In this document: in pieces, positions 38,138 through 52,473 of the stretch
Layout: each line of letters starts with the position of its first letter
How positions within the stretch are numbered: position 1 is the first letter of the stretch
NCBI GenBank assembly: GCA_964016885.1
Contig: OZ024740.1
Span: forward strand, 195,858,001 to 195,922,000
Direction of reading: 5' to 3'
Origin: Eledone cirrhosa
Lineage: Eukaryota
Length of the DNA: 64,000 bases
Translations under genes and position numbers: made by a program
The notes under the pieces: generated by a model
The model's database searches: none
Seen by the model: only the letters and a program-made list of their open reading frames with translations
What the model was told of the DNA's origin: nothing

Positions 38138-40199
38138 CTATCTATCAATGTAGCTATCTATCTATCCATCTCTATCTATATTATTATATCTATCTGTATC
38201 TTATTTCTCTTAAGCATAAAAAAACAGTGTTCCTGGTTACATTTCAACACATAACTCTTGGTTGAATAAACTATGTATTTATTGTTTAGTAGATATCTTT
38301 TGTTAAAAAGCTTTCCTTTGGACCTAATGCCATGTATTTTTATAAGACAATTGGGTTGATCTAACAGCTTTCCAGTTTAGTGCTAAAGGGGACATACACA
38401 TGCAGACGCATACTTTTTTTCTATTGAGAATCAGAATCAAATATGTTTTACATAATTTTAAATAATAGCACCTTCAAGCTTCATTAGGTTTTGTTTCCAA
38501 AGGTTTAGCTAGTGCTGTATTATGTATGAAGATAGGTATTCTTATTTGAATATTGTATGATGAGATCAATAATAGATTATATCACCTTAAAGATTGATTA
38601 TATATGAAAACCAAGAAGAATGCAGTTGTGTAAAATTATACTGTATGAACGCAGTGCAAACCTTATCAATAGAGCGACTTTTATGTTATGGAAATGCCTG
38701 TTTTTAACAGGGAAAACTTCTGTATTTTGTATTTCATATTTATTTGATGGTTGATTCTCTGTAATCATATTTCTCAGCAAATTACATAGCATATAATATA
38801 TTGATCTTTCATCTGATTCTAAAGATACCAGCATAGCTTCTTCCTTATTTTATAAATATATTCACCCAAAAACATTTTTTTTTATTCCATTCAAAGCTTA
38901 ATGACCCAAGTAATGTAAAGGTTTGTGAGTAACTGGTTCACTTCAAATCATGGTACCACCTTCAGCCTCAGTGTGTTAACTTCTGTGTAGTTCTCTTTAT
39001 TAATGGGTCCCAAGTGTAGATGTTGTTGTTGTATTTAACCCCAGCTCAGCCCTTATCTACCAGCCTTAGGATTAAGGACATTCCAACATAATGGTGGTGG
39101 TGGTGGTGGTGGTAGTAGTAGTAGGGGGAGGAGGGGTAGCAGCAGCAGTGAACTGGATTTGATTTAATTTCATGTGAAATTTTCCTGGTACCCAATTAAA
39201 AGAAAACCTAGTTTATGCAAGATATTGAAGAAAAGCTTTAAAAAGAACCCCCACTTTCCCCTCTCCCTTTACTTTCCTAATACATTTCCTGTTTGAAGCA
39301 GACTGAGTTTGTTTTAGTATTGTGAGTGCAAATCTTACATTGATTGTTTTACATAGTTTGAAAATAGCTTCCTATATAAATAATAACGCACCAATGTGGG
39401 AACATCTATTTTCTAGAAATAGCTGCTAAATTTCTCTCAAATTATATTCAACAACCAGTAGATAGTATCAATAATTGAAAGACCAATGGAAACATTGTTT
39501 CCTTGGTCAGATTTGACGAGTTTCACCACACTCGGTAAGCAAATGAGGTTTGGGATCTTGTTGATTGAACTCAATCTATCTATATCTTTAAAATATATAT
39601 ATATCATCATCATTTTACACCCCCTTCCCATGTTGGCATGGGTTGGATGTGTTGTTAGTCATACTAGATGAGTCAGAACAACCAATCTTGCTCATTACAT
39701 TTCATATTTGGCCTGGCTTCAATGATAGATACCCAATATCTGAGAAAAAGACAATGGTCATGACTGGGATGTTTTTGTTCATAGATTTCCTAAGTATCGC
39801 ACAGTGGAATAGAACCTAAAACCATGTGGTTGTGAAGAGGATTTCTGAACCACACAGCTACACTACACCTGTTTCTCTGTATGTCCTGGCAAATTACTAA
39901 ACAAAGTCTTATGTTGCCTCTTGAAGTAGTATACATTTTGTGAAAACACCTTTTTTGTTTTCTAAATAAACAAAAAAGAGCAACTGCAGCATGAAGCTCT
40001 TAGTCTTAGTATCATGTTTATTGTGTCTGTCTGTTATTCGTTTCTTAAGTAAATATCTTTGATTGTTCAAGAGTAAATTTGAAGGGGCTACATTATTGTA
40101 AGACAGTGTGATTCACACTTCAGTCAAATTGTCAGATTTAATATCATGTTTAAAACAGTTACCTTATCTGATTTTTTTAATTGATGTTTTTAGATTGTC

Positions 40200-40235
<36 letters not shown>

Positions 40236-40239
<4 letters not shown>

Positions 40240-42052
40240 GAGAGGTATAGAGATTGTTTTAGCAAGAAGCTAATGGCATTCTATAACATATATGCGACTA
40301 TAACGTCAAGATGGGAAAAGTAGTTAACGAAAGATTTAGGAAAAATAACTCAAACTCATCTCAAAAGAGAATCAGGATACAAATTCATCCACAGAATTTA
40401 GTAAAATCCAGGGAAAAATCTATAGACCTTTAACTCATGATAAAACAAAGTTTGAAACACTTATCCTTCAATTTGGAATAACATCAAATGCTCTGTATAG
40501 TCTTAAAAGACTATTTCATGAAAACTTTCAGTGGAGATGGTCACGGTTGGAATATCATTCATCAGCAGAGCTCAACAGAAAACCAGGGCTCTCACAGTAA
40601 TATAGTCCGAAAAAGGGAATTCTAAAACTGGCTAGTTCGCCTTCATGTGTATTTATGAAAAAGCACATGAGGAAAAAAACGGGTCTAGTGACGTCAGGAT
40701 GGAAGTGAATGTTTATTTACAAGAAATAGCAGTCAAATACATTCTGAAAAAAAACTCTACAAAGGAGTTCAGCAAAATAGCAATAATTATCACAGTTTTT
40801 ATGAAAAAAAACCGGGATTAGTCACAGATAGTTTAAGCACTCTAGGAAAAGAATCCGAGTATAAATATAAATGAGAGGTATAGAGATTGTTTTAGCAAGA
40901 AGCTAATGGCATTCTATAACATATATGCGACTATAACGTCAAGATGAGAAAAGTAGTTAACGAAAGATTTAGGAAAAATAACTCAAACTCATCTCAAAAG
41001 AGAATCAGGATACAAATTCATCCACAGAATTTAGTAAAATCCAGGGAAAAATCTATAGACCTTTAACTCATGATAAAACAAAGTTTGAAACACTTATCCT
41101 TCAATTTGGAATAACATCAAATGCTCTGTATAGTCTTAAAAGACTATTTCATGAAAACTTTCAGTGGAGATGGTCACGGTTGGAATATCATTCATCAGCA
41201 GAGCTCAACAGAAAACCAGGGCTCTCACAGTAATATAGTCCGAAAAAGGGAATTCTAAAACTGGCTAGTTCGCCTTCATGTGTATTTATGAAAAAGCACA
41301 TGAGGAAAAAACGGGGCTAGTGACGTCAGGATGGAAGTGAATGTTTATTTACAAGAAATAGCAGTCAAATACATTCTGAAAAAAAACTCTACAAAGGAGT
41401 TCAGCAAAATAGCAATAATTATCACAGTTTTTATGAAAAAAAACCGGGATTAGTCACAGATAGTTTAAGCACTCTAGGAAAAGAATCCGAGTATAAATAT
41501 AAATGAGAGGTATAGAGATTGTTTTAGCAAGAAGCTAATGGCATTCTATAACATATATGCGACTATAACGTCAAGATGAGAAAAGTAGTTAACGAAAGAT
41601 TTAGGAAAAATAACTCAAACTCATCTCAAAAGAGAATCAGGATACAAATTCATCCACAGAATTTAGTAAAATCCAGGGAAAAATCTATAGACCTTTAACT
41701 CATGATAAAACAAAGTTTGAAACACTTATCCTTCAATTTGGAATAACATCAAATGCTCTGTATAGTCTTAAAAGACTATTTCATGAAAACTTTCAGTGGA
41801 GATGGTCACGGTTGGAATATCATTCATCAGCAGAGCTCAACAGAAAACCAGGGCTCTCACAGTAATATAGTCCGAAAAAGGGAATTCTAAAACTGGCTAG
41901 TTCGCCTTCATGTGTATTTATGAAAAAGCACATGAGGAAAAAACGGGGCTAGTGACGTCAGGATGGAAGTGAATGTTTATTTACAAGAAATAGCAGTCAA
42001 ATACATTCTGAAAAAAAAACTCTACAAAGGAGTTCAGCAAAATAGCAATAAT
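40236..42052. repeat. Head-to-tail tandem of a ~633-bp unit, ~2.9 copies, flanked by (TA)n
   Basis: Unit starts (aaatgagagg) at 40236, 40869 and 41501; only a few substitutions and A-run length differences between copies. Confidence 0.97.
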
Positions 42053-42092
42053 ATATATATATATATATACACACAGATACACTCACAGACAC

Positions 42093-42136
<44 letters not shown>

Positions 42137-45136
42137 GTGTCTGTGAGTGTATCTGTGTATCATCATCATCATCATTCCATTTTACGTCCGCTTTTCCCTG
42201 CTTGCAAGGGTGGGACGGGAACTGATGCTGGCTTGATTTCTACAGCTGGATGCCCTTCCTAACACCAACCTCATTTACAGTGAGTGCTGGGTGCTTTTTT
42301 GCCGTGGCACCTCCACGACCACTTTGCAGTGGAATGATATGGACCTCAGTCCCTATCATCTCATTTCTACAGCTGAGTAAACTGGAGCAATGTGAAATAA
42401 AGTGTCTTGCTCAAGGAAACACATCACCCAGTCTGAGAATTGAACTCACAACCTTTTGATTGCAAGGCCAATGCTCTAACCACTAAGCCATGTGCCTCCA
42501 TATATATTTTTATGTATATATATATATATGTGTGTGTGTGTATAAACACACACACATATATATAGTATGTTGTTTTTTTTATAATTTGTTTAGTTTATTT
42601 TGTTTATTTTGTTTTTTTTGTAATTTATTTGATTCCAAAGAAAATATTTCAGTAGCTTAACGTATCTTAAAATATGGGAATTACTTCTACCTTTATGTTT
42701 AACTGATATAAATTGTATGGTCTTTTTTTACAACAAATATTGTTTTTGTTGTTGTTACTGCTGTTTAGCCCCAGGCCAATCCTTATCAAACAGACCTATG
42801 ATTTAAGACATTATCTATAATCATCCAGTCTTTTTATGGATATTGAGAACTTGTCATTTTAAGGGTAATATCTATAACTATATCATCTAGTGTATGGTTT
42901 CTGTTTTCCAGATGACGGATGTGATGTGAGGGAGATTTGGCTGTTGTTTTTAGCAAGTTTAGTGACAACATAGATGTTGGCTCAATTATTCTGAATTATA
43001 TTTACTAAGATGAAAGACAAAGTTGACTTCGGTATGATTTAATCAAAATGCAGAGAGCTGAAACTAATACTGCTAGGTTTTTAATCCAACCCTCTAATGG
43101 CTGTGCATACATTCTACCTTGTTATCCAAGTAGGTAGGAATCAAATAGCAAAGTAAACTAAAATACTTGGGGAAATCTAGGTGAAACTCAGTATTGTATC
43201 AGCATCCTATTACATTCTCATAACTCATCTGAAATCTTGACTTCAATTCTGTTGGTTAATAGTGTATGATTCCATAGCAGCTGTTTGTTTGTACTTGCAG
43301 TTCTTAATAATGGCTAAGTAGACTGAGCTACTTAACCCTTTAGCATTTACATTACTCTATATTTATTATTACATTTTCACATATCGAATCTACAAGATTC
43401 TGATGTTATTTATTTTGAGAATACCATAACATTGGTATGAGCAGCTAGTTACAACCGGTTTGAACAGAAAGAGGTGAGAAAATCCTGTCCGGATACGGCC
43501 GGTTTAAATGTTAATGTGTTAAAGGCGGGGGGAAATTGGCTCTGGTCACAGCACCATGTACCACCAGTGATGGTTATGAACCATCAAATATATAACCTAT
43601 TGATATGGCCAACTAAGTCAATTATTTAAATTAACCCCTTTGATGCCATATTTCTAATGGAATGCATCACTTGTGTTTTTCAATTAATTTTATAAATTAT
43701 CAACAATTTGAAGGAATTTAGTAAAATAACTGTTAACATATGAGCAGTTCTCCAACCCATTTAATCTCAGGCTGTGACAACCCATCTAACCCCTACCAGC
43801 ATGGAAAACAGACATTAAATAAGGATGATGATGACAATGTCATCATCATCGTTGTTGTTGTTGTTGTCATGTAGTTGAAAATTATCCATGTATTGTTATT
43901 CAATAAAGTAAATCCAGTGCATTAAAATGCTGAAAAGAATTAATTTTTGCTTTTAAATTTCACTGATTTGGTTGTTTTGAAATAGAAGAGTCTACAGTGT
44001 TCCCCATTCATGCCCTAAAGATTCCTGTCTGTTGTGGCATGCTCCTCACATTTCATAACTCAAGAAAATAGCTAGACCCAAACAAAGACCTTATTTCTCT
44101 AGGGTTTCACTGAAATTCTTCAGAAACTAAAACAAACAACTTAATGGTTATATATATCTTCTGTTAGACAGCAAAATTATATTAGGTAGCTAACTCTTGT
44201 TGTAACTAGATAATTTTATTGCTGCTTGTTTAGTTACTCCCTTGCAGTCTGCTTACTAAAGAAATCAAAGACCCATTCTATAGAATTTCGTCAAAGATTT
44301 CACAGCAACATTCGATATTAGTTCATAGAAAAGCAGAAATGGAGAAATGTTGGACTAAATGTATTTAGTTTCATCTGTCTATGTACTGAAATCAATTCCT
44401 ACCTGTGTGTGTGTGCGCGCGTGCGTGGCACATGTATATAAAAGACTTTATATTTGGGGTAAAGGTATAGCCAATTAGATTGATCTTATTCCAGTTCTAG
44501 ACTTATTTTATTGACATCTCACCACACTGGGAAGTATGAAAGGTAATATTGACTTCTGGCAAGATTTAAACTCAAATTGTAAAGATACAAAACAAGCCAT
44601 TTTGTCTGCTCTACCTATTCTGCCAGTTCATAATAACTGTATCATCATCATCATCATTTCATTTTACGTCCGCTTTTTCCCTGCTTGCAAGGGTGGGACG
44701 GGAACTGATTTTGGCTTCATTTCTACAGCTGGATGCCCTTCCTAACACCAACCTCATTTACAGTGAGTGCTGGGTGCTTTTTTGCTGTGGCACCTGCACG
44801 ACCACTTTGTATAGAAATAATATCTATTTATAAATTTTATTGACTTTCGTCCGTCTGTCACTCAATGTGGGTTTGTGTGAATGTATATGTGTGTAAAAGG
44901 AAGGAAGGGGCTGGTAAAAAAACTATAGCAAAACAGCAGGTGGCATTCCATTTGCTACGCTGTGTGTGTGTAAATGTATATTTTTGTAAGGGTGTCTGTT
45001 TTTTGCGTTTATATTTATATACTCATGCATATAAATGTATACATATGCACATACATGCCAGCGTGTTGAAAAAAATACTATTTTAATATGCAGTTGTTGA
45101 GAAGTAATGTTTTTTTATTCTTAATATATATATATA

Positions 45137-45195
<59 letters not shown>

Positions 45196-45910
45196 ATCTG
45201 TATATATATATGTGTGTGTGTGAATATATATATATATATAGGCACTCTCTAGGGATTTGTGCTAGCAAGTAAAATCAGGTAATGATATGATGAAGTAACC
45301 CTTTGTTTTTACAGGCAAGTATAAGCTAGGTAAAATTAATATGCTTATATATTTATATGTTAATGACAGCATATCTTATTTCTTCTGTATACTTCTATTT
45401 TTATTATTCTGTAAGAGAAATATTTGCTTGCATGCACATGTATGTGAGCATAAATGACAGAAATTATAATATTTGCACCTTTGTTATATTTCAGTTAACT
45501 GTTGTTCTTATGTGTCATAGTGCTGCATTAACCTTTCCATTACCTTTTTCTGGGTGAAATACTTTGTATTTTGACTAATTAATGAAGAATTTGGAAAGGT
45601 TTTAACATTTATGTGGTTTTGTTTCGATGAGACAGACTGTTATGGATGGATCAGTATCAAAAGGGTTAAATTTTAGTCCATTTCGTCTTGTCTCATTTTG
45701 ACATGAGACACAATATTTTCTTCGTCTGCCTCTAGGAGTAATCCCTACTTGCAAATTGCATTTTATTTCCAACTCAACATTTACCATCTCTGTATACTAA
45801 ACATTCATACCAAAGCAGTTGTCTTGTTTGTAATTAGAACCGTGTTTACTAAAACTGTTGTCATTTTTCTTGCATACAACAGCTATTTCTTTTCATATGC
45901 AACTCCTCTC

Positions 45911-46115
45911 TCTTCTTTTCTTCTTCACCCACTTATTCCTGAGAGGGTCATGGGGGCAGAGTCCTCAAACACTCCTTCCAGCGGGTCCTGTCAGAAGCAA
46001 CCATCTCTAACTGATCCGGCTGGATCCCCAAGCAAGACAAGCCAAGCTCATGGATGTTATCCAACCATCTTGCTCGGGGTCTATCTTTGGGTCTCCTGCT
46101 GGCTGGTTTTATAGG
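45911..46115 (-). mobile_element. 3' end of an Expander/Rex3-like RTE LINE with (GAA)n tail
   Basis: Minus strand reads KPASRRPKDRPRARWLDNIHELGLSCLGIQPDQLEMVASDRTRWKECLRTLPP, typical of the Rex3/Expander C-terminus; tail gaagaagaaaagaaga. Confidence 0.8.
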
Positions 46116-47971
46116 CAAAATCAACCAAAAAAGATTAAGAGGAAAGGAAGAGAAAAGAAAGAGAAAATTTCATATGCAACCTTCATCATAAATCGATATT
46201 GCACACTCAACAAACCTTACACTGTTCATTACTCCTTATAGTTGAAACTGCTAGAGATCATCACTGTCATACAAATTAAAATTTCTTTTTCTCCACGAAT
46301 GTGAGACAGTTTGTCTTCACAACTGAACTTTTGTGTGTCCATAAGTTTGTCACTGTGATTTGATTTTTTTTAATTTGCTGTATGTAAATTTGTATGGTTT
46401 AAAAAATATTTTCTGTTTACTTCGCTTAATGTCTCAATATACATCATAATATTTATTTACCAATAAGGCGTGAAATTAAAATGGCATCTCTTCCATCTAC
46501 CTTTGGGTCCCAAATAATGGGGGGAGGGGGGTGAAATAAGTGGGCATCATTTAAGTTCACATTGAGACCCCAACCCATCCTATTTATTTTATAACGTATG
46601 AGATTTCTTGTAATGTTCTTTATTTTTGTCATGTACAATGGTTTTTAATGTCTAAAGAAAATTAATTATCACAGGAAAATTTCGCCAGAGAGGGATTAGA
46701 AAAATTTAATAAGGGTGGGGGTGGAATAAGAGTGAGGTGTGTGTGTGTGTGGAAAAAAATCTGAAAAATTAATAAGTGGGGTGGGGGGACAGAGTATGTA
46801 TTCTTAAACAAATAGAGTTATGTGATTTGATAAAGTTTATCGTTGGAACAACACATTTTGATCACAGATGCTTTGATGTTCAATAATCTCATTGTTTGTA
46901 TGAATTTTAAATATCTTTGAAGTATTATGTGTAGTGTATATATAGATGTAAAAGAAGAGGTTAGTTTTATTGCTTACAGCAAGTTAAGCCTTCAAATGTT
47001 CATTTCATCCTATTTCAAATATAACAGTTCATTTATAACAGAGTTTAATAACCTGCACAATTTCATCTTCAGTATTGAAAACCATTAAACTTATTTGTTT
47101 GCAGTTTCCAGTATTGAAGATGAAATAGTGAGATAGAGTATAGGAATCGATGTTGTTAATGATACAACTAGTAATAATTTCTTTTGACTAAGCATAGGCT
47201 AATATGGTCAGTTACAGTGTATAAGATGTTTCTTATTTTATCAACTGTTGTCGTAAAAGAAGGACACATTGAAAAAAGATGGGGACAGGATGGTCAAGAC
47301 TGAAACCCCTTTCATCATGGGCTTTGCTCAATCAAAGCTCACCTGGGACTATACAACAACAGCAACAACTATAAGATGAGCTAGCTATGTAGGACTACAC
47401 AATCTAGTGTGTCCATTTCATTATTTTTATCAAGACAATAATGTGATTTGAGGGAGATTTGATTGATATTTCTAACAAGTCATGTGACCATGTACAAGCT
47501 TCCTCATTGGTTTATTGCCATAACTTCATTTCACATGAATGCGATATTGATAAAACATTTATCCAATTCAAGAGCAGTTTTATGAACATTATGTAGAAAG
47601 AGCTAAACATTTGAGGTTTGTGGAAATAATGTTCTGCATCAGTAAAGAGAAATGTTTAAATTGATTTTTTCCATATTATTTTGAAGTTCAAAGATTTCCT
47701 CCTAATTTAGTTTTCCGTTCTAATATTTTTTTCAATTAATTTTTTTTGTTTTAATTTGAAATTATATAAATAGAAATACCAATTGAAAAGGAAAGAAAAA
47801 GAGCAACAAAAAATACACATATATTCTCTGAATGATAGACATTTTAAAACTATATTCCCTTGGAGGATGAAGGACACTCAGGAGGATTAATCAATATCTA
47901 ATGTATGTGCTAAATCAATAGTGTTTTCATTAATTTAAAAAAAATATTATATATATCATTATATATATGTC

Positions 47972-48160
47972 ATCATCATCATCATTGTTTTTATGTCTGT
48001 TTTTCCATGCTTGCATGGGTTGGATGGGTCCTTTTCAGCAGCACAGCATTCTCTTCATTCATCGCGTTCCTTCATCATCTCTTCTGTAGGTCTCTCCAAT
48101 TTGAAATCAGTTCTCACCACCTATCCCCATGTCTTCCTTGGTCTACATCTACTGCAGCTT
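47972..48160 (-). mobile_element. Old RTE 3' fragment with the tail directly abutting the ORF
   Basis: RPRKTW...EEMMKERDE...PSNPCKHGK followed by (GAT)n. A similar relic lies at 56590-56845(-), with WYGHVM. Confidence 0.7.
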
Positions 48161-48794
48161 CTTACACACATACACACACACGGTGGTAGATATGTAAAAA
48201 CTATAAATACTGTCTGAAATACATTATGGCATCCTGTTTCAGTGTTCAGTATTGTAATATTTTGATTTGAAAAATCTTTCTCAGGTTCAACTGATATTCT
48301 AGTATTTGATTAAATTGATCATATTACCATCCCTCAACTCAAACAATACACTTCCTTTACAAAATTGGTCTTTGTGCCTAAGCTAAAGAAATCACTAACA
48401 TAGATTAAGAATCATTTCTTAGCAGACAACATCCTTGACCTTGTTTCAATTATTCATTTATTCTTTTACTGGTTTCAGTCATTGGATTGTGTGTGGTCCT
48501 GCCGAGGAACCACCTATTGTATAGCAGATTACATCAACCACAGTACTTATTTTTATAGTAAGAATGCTTGATGTATGATCATAATATTGTTGGTTCAATT
48601 CCTGGACAGGCTGCTGCATTGTGTTACTCCAGTATACTCAGCAGTAGCTGGGGAGTTAAACCTGTGATAGATCTGTCTTGTCCAGGGAGAGTTTTATACT
48701 CTCAGTCACTTAACGCCTAGGAAACAGGAGATAAGCACTGGCTTGGTGAACCTTCGGCTTAGAACAGACTTTAACTTAACTAACTTAACTCGAG

Positions 48795-48935
48795 AGGATA
48801 GTATCCAGTAGAATTATATTGGGCTTACAACTTCATAGGACAGTACATTCCTATGAAAATTCAGAGGTGAGAAACTCCACTTCCCTATCCTGTTTCATCT
48901 GGAAGACAAAAAGACAACAGGACTGGAGTATTGTT
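48795..48935 (+). pseudogene. PLE GIY-YIG endonuclease relic
   Basis: NYIGLTT (YIG at 48815-48823), then after a frameshift HSYENSEVRNSTSLSCFIWKTK..DWSI, resembling the PLE NSTELSKYIW..WSI motif. Confidence 0.65.
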
Positions 48936-48959
48936 CCTCCAAACACCAGTATATTGATG

Positions 48960-49200
48960 TCTGTTTGGGAAACTGCATGTCCTAAAGTAGCTTGCAGTAT
49001 CCCTTAACTGGAAATCCAATATGATTTCCTACACCTTAGACAAGCCTGTGTACTGACTGGTTCATTAAAAACCAACTGACCTTGAAAATATCCGCATGGT
49101 AAATGACACCATAAGAGATACCATCAGGGTGAATTAAGGAATTATCTCTGTGGCAGAATGATTTACTCTTCATTCTACAGTAGTACCTTACATTAACTTT
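48960..49200 (-). pseudogene. Second PLE GIY-YIG relic, inverted relative to the first
   Basis: YCRMKSKSFC...PDGISYGVIYHADI, then frameshifted QYTGLS; resembles CNCR..CPLDG..GVIY.A..YIGLT. Confidence 0.5.
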
Positions 49201-50661
49201 GGTTGCTATCACATAATCTGACAATGAAAATTAAATAGTAACCCTGTTTGCCAATCTGTGTGTACATGCAGTCCATGAGTTTGATTCCTAACAATTCGTG
49301 TCCTTCAGCAAAACGATTTTTCATGTTGCTCCATTCAACTCATCTGCCAAAAATGAGTTGTACCTGTAATTCAAAGGACCTGCCATGCCACACATTATCA
49401 TGCTGAATCTTCCTGAGAACTACGTTAAGGGTGTACATATCTCTGGAATCCTCAACTATTTGCACATTAATTTCAAAAACAGACAACTATGTTGTTCGAA
49501 CAACTGATGCACTTATCGTTAAAACTGAAAGAAGTCCTATACATACACACCTTTTGAATTAACCATCATCATCATCATCATCATTGGTTAATGTCTATCT
49601 TCCATGCTAGCATGGGTTAGATGGGTTTGTCCTATTTAGAGGCAAGTTGGGTCAGGTGATTGTGTTTTGCTCATATAGGACTGTTTCTGGCTGGTTTTCT
49701 ACAGCTGGATGCCCTTCCTAACGCCAACCACATTTACAGTGTGGACTGGGTGCTTTTTGTTGTGACACCTTAATGATAGAAATTCAATATCCAATACAAC
49801 CATATCCATTGTTTGAAATGAAGCTATATTTTTGTCCAAGAGATGCTTGTACCTGTCTATTGGTAAAAATGTAAATTTGTTTCATTTCTCTAAATTCTTC
49901 TGTCTTAGGACAAGCTAAAATGTCAGTCAACAATTTTTTTAAAGAACTATTGATTTAAGTTTGGCATTTATTTTATATTTTCACACAGATAGTTTTCTCT
50001 TTTCTTCTCTCTACATCAAAACTGTCATGTTTGAAAAGACCTTCTTTGATTATAAACATCAAAAACAATTTCTACTTCTTTCTCCCCATTTCGATATTTG
50101 TTAATCTAGAATCTTTATGGTATGTAGTATTATATTTTTTGTATTTCCATTTTGTTTTATTTTACCTTATTTTGGAATGGGGTGGAGTGGCTCTTGTAAT
50201 CTCTCATTTTTTTTTTTTTTTTTTTCATTTATTGTTGTTTTCTCTATAGAGATGAGGTAAAAAGCAGTGAAGCAAATTGAAATATATAGAGAGTAATCCT
50301 CTGGAGTAGGATAGGAAGGGGTGGGAGGAAAGAAAGAACGGAGAAATAAAGGAGGGAGAGGTAATAGGATCATTATGAATCTCAGTATTCCATTCCTACT
50401 AAATGTATTGATCTCTTTCTTTTCTTTTTCACATCCCAACCCCAATCCCTTTCTCTATCTCTATCTATCTCAAGATAAAAAGTAATGGAACTGCTGCTAT
50501 GGTGCAACAACAGCAGCAGCAGCAGCAGCATAGAAGCTGTATTTACTGTTGCTGGCTTTTTTTTGTTTGTTTTCCAGTTGTCTTTTGCTAACATTTTCTT
50601 TATTCCTTATTACTACTACTATTATTATTATTATGGGCGGCTATTATTATTGTTATTATTA

Positions 50662-51110
50662 AGGGCGGTGGATTGGCAGTATCGGTAGAGGGTCGGACGC
50701 CATGCTCTGCAGCATAGAGTTACGGCTCTTTATGATCTGAGCTCAAATCCCGCCGAGGTTAACTTTGCCTTTCATCCTTATGGGGTTGATAGAATAAAGT
50801 ACCAGTCACGCACTGGGGTCGATTTAATCGACTTTCCCCTCCCCCCAAATTACTGGCCTTGTGTCTATATAAGAAACCATTATTATTAGGGCGGTGATGT
50901 AGTAGAATTGGAAGAGTGTCAGTGAACATGCTTTTCAACATAGAGTTAGGGCCCTTTACGCTCTGAGTTCAAATCCCAACGAGGTTAGCTTTGCCTTTCA
51001 TCCTTATGGGGTCGATAAAATAAAGCACCAGTAATGTACTGGGGTCGATTTAATCGACTTTCCTCTCCCCTTCAAATTGCTGGCCTTCTGCCTATATAAG
51101 AAACCATTAT
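50662..51110 (+). mobile_element. Tandem pair of full-length family A SINEs
   Basis: Two complete copies (50662-50885 and 50889-51110) joined at (ATT)n; both retain the gtcgatttaatcgac hairpin segment. Confidence 0.9.
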
Positions 51111-51339
51111 TTTGTGCTTTTCATATTGTTTTTGTTTGTCACTGATGCAGTGTAAAACATGAGAACTACCTTGTTTTCTTCTCTCTCCATAAACCCCTCC
51201 TCCTTCCCCTCATTCTCACCTTTTCTTCATTTCTTCCCCTCATTGCTTCTTTACAACTGTCTTCCCTTCCCAAAGAATTTATGAATATTTCTTAATAACA
51301 TAGCAAAAAGAAACAGCGTGGTGGCACCCTCGTCGTTGT

Positions 51340-51680
51340 CGTTGTTGGTAGTGGCAGTAGTGGTGGTGTTGTTGAGTTGTTGTTGTTGGTAGTGGCAGTA
51401 GTGGTGGTGTTGTTGAGTTGTTGTTGTTGGTAGTGGCAGTAGTGATGGTGTTGTTGAGTTGTTGTTGTTGGTAGTGGCAGTAGTGATGGTAGCACTGTTG
51501 CTGCCACTGGTGGTAGTGTTGTTGTTGTTGTTGTTGGTAGTGGTGGTGGTGGTGGTGGTGGTGGTGGTGTTGTTGTTGGTGTTAGTAGTGTTGTTGTTGG
51601 AGGTGGTAGTTGCTGCTACTTGTGGTGGTGGTGGTGTTAGCACTGTTGCTGCCACTGGTGGTGGTGGTGGTGGTGATTTA
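51340..51680. repeat. GT-rich minisatellite (41-bp unit x~3.6) merging into (GTT/GGT)n
   Basis: gtggcag anchors at 51351, 51392, 51433 and 51474. Confidence 0.9.
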
Positions 51681-52473
51681 GAGGTTTGCAGTGAGCCTAT
51701 TGGAAATGGAATGGAGGAGAAGCAACATTCCATTAACAGCTGCTGCTCTCACCTTAAATCTTCTCTTACTGTCATGTGTGTGTGTGTTATTATTTTAAAT
51801 GTGTATTTCTCTTGGTTGTCATGGTAATATTTATGTTTTATGTCTACTTATAAAATTAAAATGTAATTTTTTTTTTTGTAACTGTGTGAATATGATTTTT
51901 TTTTGTCAGCCAAAAGATTGATTAGAGATTTGAATTAATATCTCTCTATCTCTTAACATTGGTAGCTCTCACACACTCTCTCACTCTTGCTTTCTCTCTT
52001 TCTCTTAATATTGGTAGCTCTTTCTCTTCTCTTAACATTGGTAGCTCTTTCTGTTTCTCCCTCTCTTAATATTGGTCTCTCCCTATCTCAGTAATACAGT
52101 CTATTTCTGATATTGATGTGCTTACTTTTATCTGGGACCCCTTTAGTTCATCATATGTATACTTATAGACTACAAGATCAATCATACTTCAAATGTTGAT
52201 TTATTTACAGATATTTTTCTATCTTTTTTCAGTGTTTTCTTTCCCTTTCACTTAGTTTTTTTTTTTTTTCACAGGCTGTACATAAATATTGATAATTGAT
52301 TTTTCCCAGTTTCATTCAGGTTTCTTTACATATACTACTAGTCAGCAAACTAATGTTTAACCATGTGCTTCAATTCTCAGTTAGATACTACTTCATTTAC
52401 ATTACTTAATGTCCTAGAGATAGATATAAAAATTGGCTTCTAAGGATACATATTTTTGTATTTGTTATATTTT

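Noticed and set aside
40505-40575. Hammerhead-like words on the minus strand of the 633-bp tandem unit (CTGATGA atga...tcat GAAA ta GTC), which would make it a retrozyme array
   Set aside because: Stem I cannot form (ctctg versus tttta) and the segment resembles family D repeat sequence; probably coincidental.
51251-51827. 160-aa and 122-aa ORFs
   Set aside because: Poly-T/N/V translations of the GT-rich simple repeat.
51950-52080. Four copies of ctcttaa(c/t)attggt(ag)ctc with variable spacers, superficially CRISPR-like
   Set aside because: Spacers are CT low-complexity sequence, the context is eukaryotic and there are no cas genes; a slippage-derived minisatellite.
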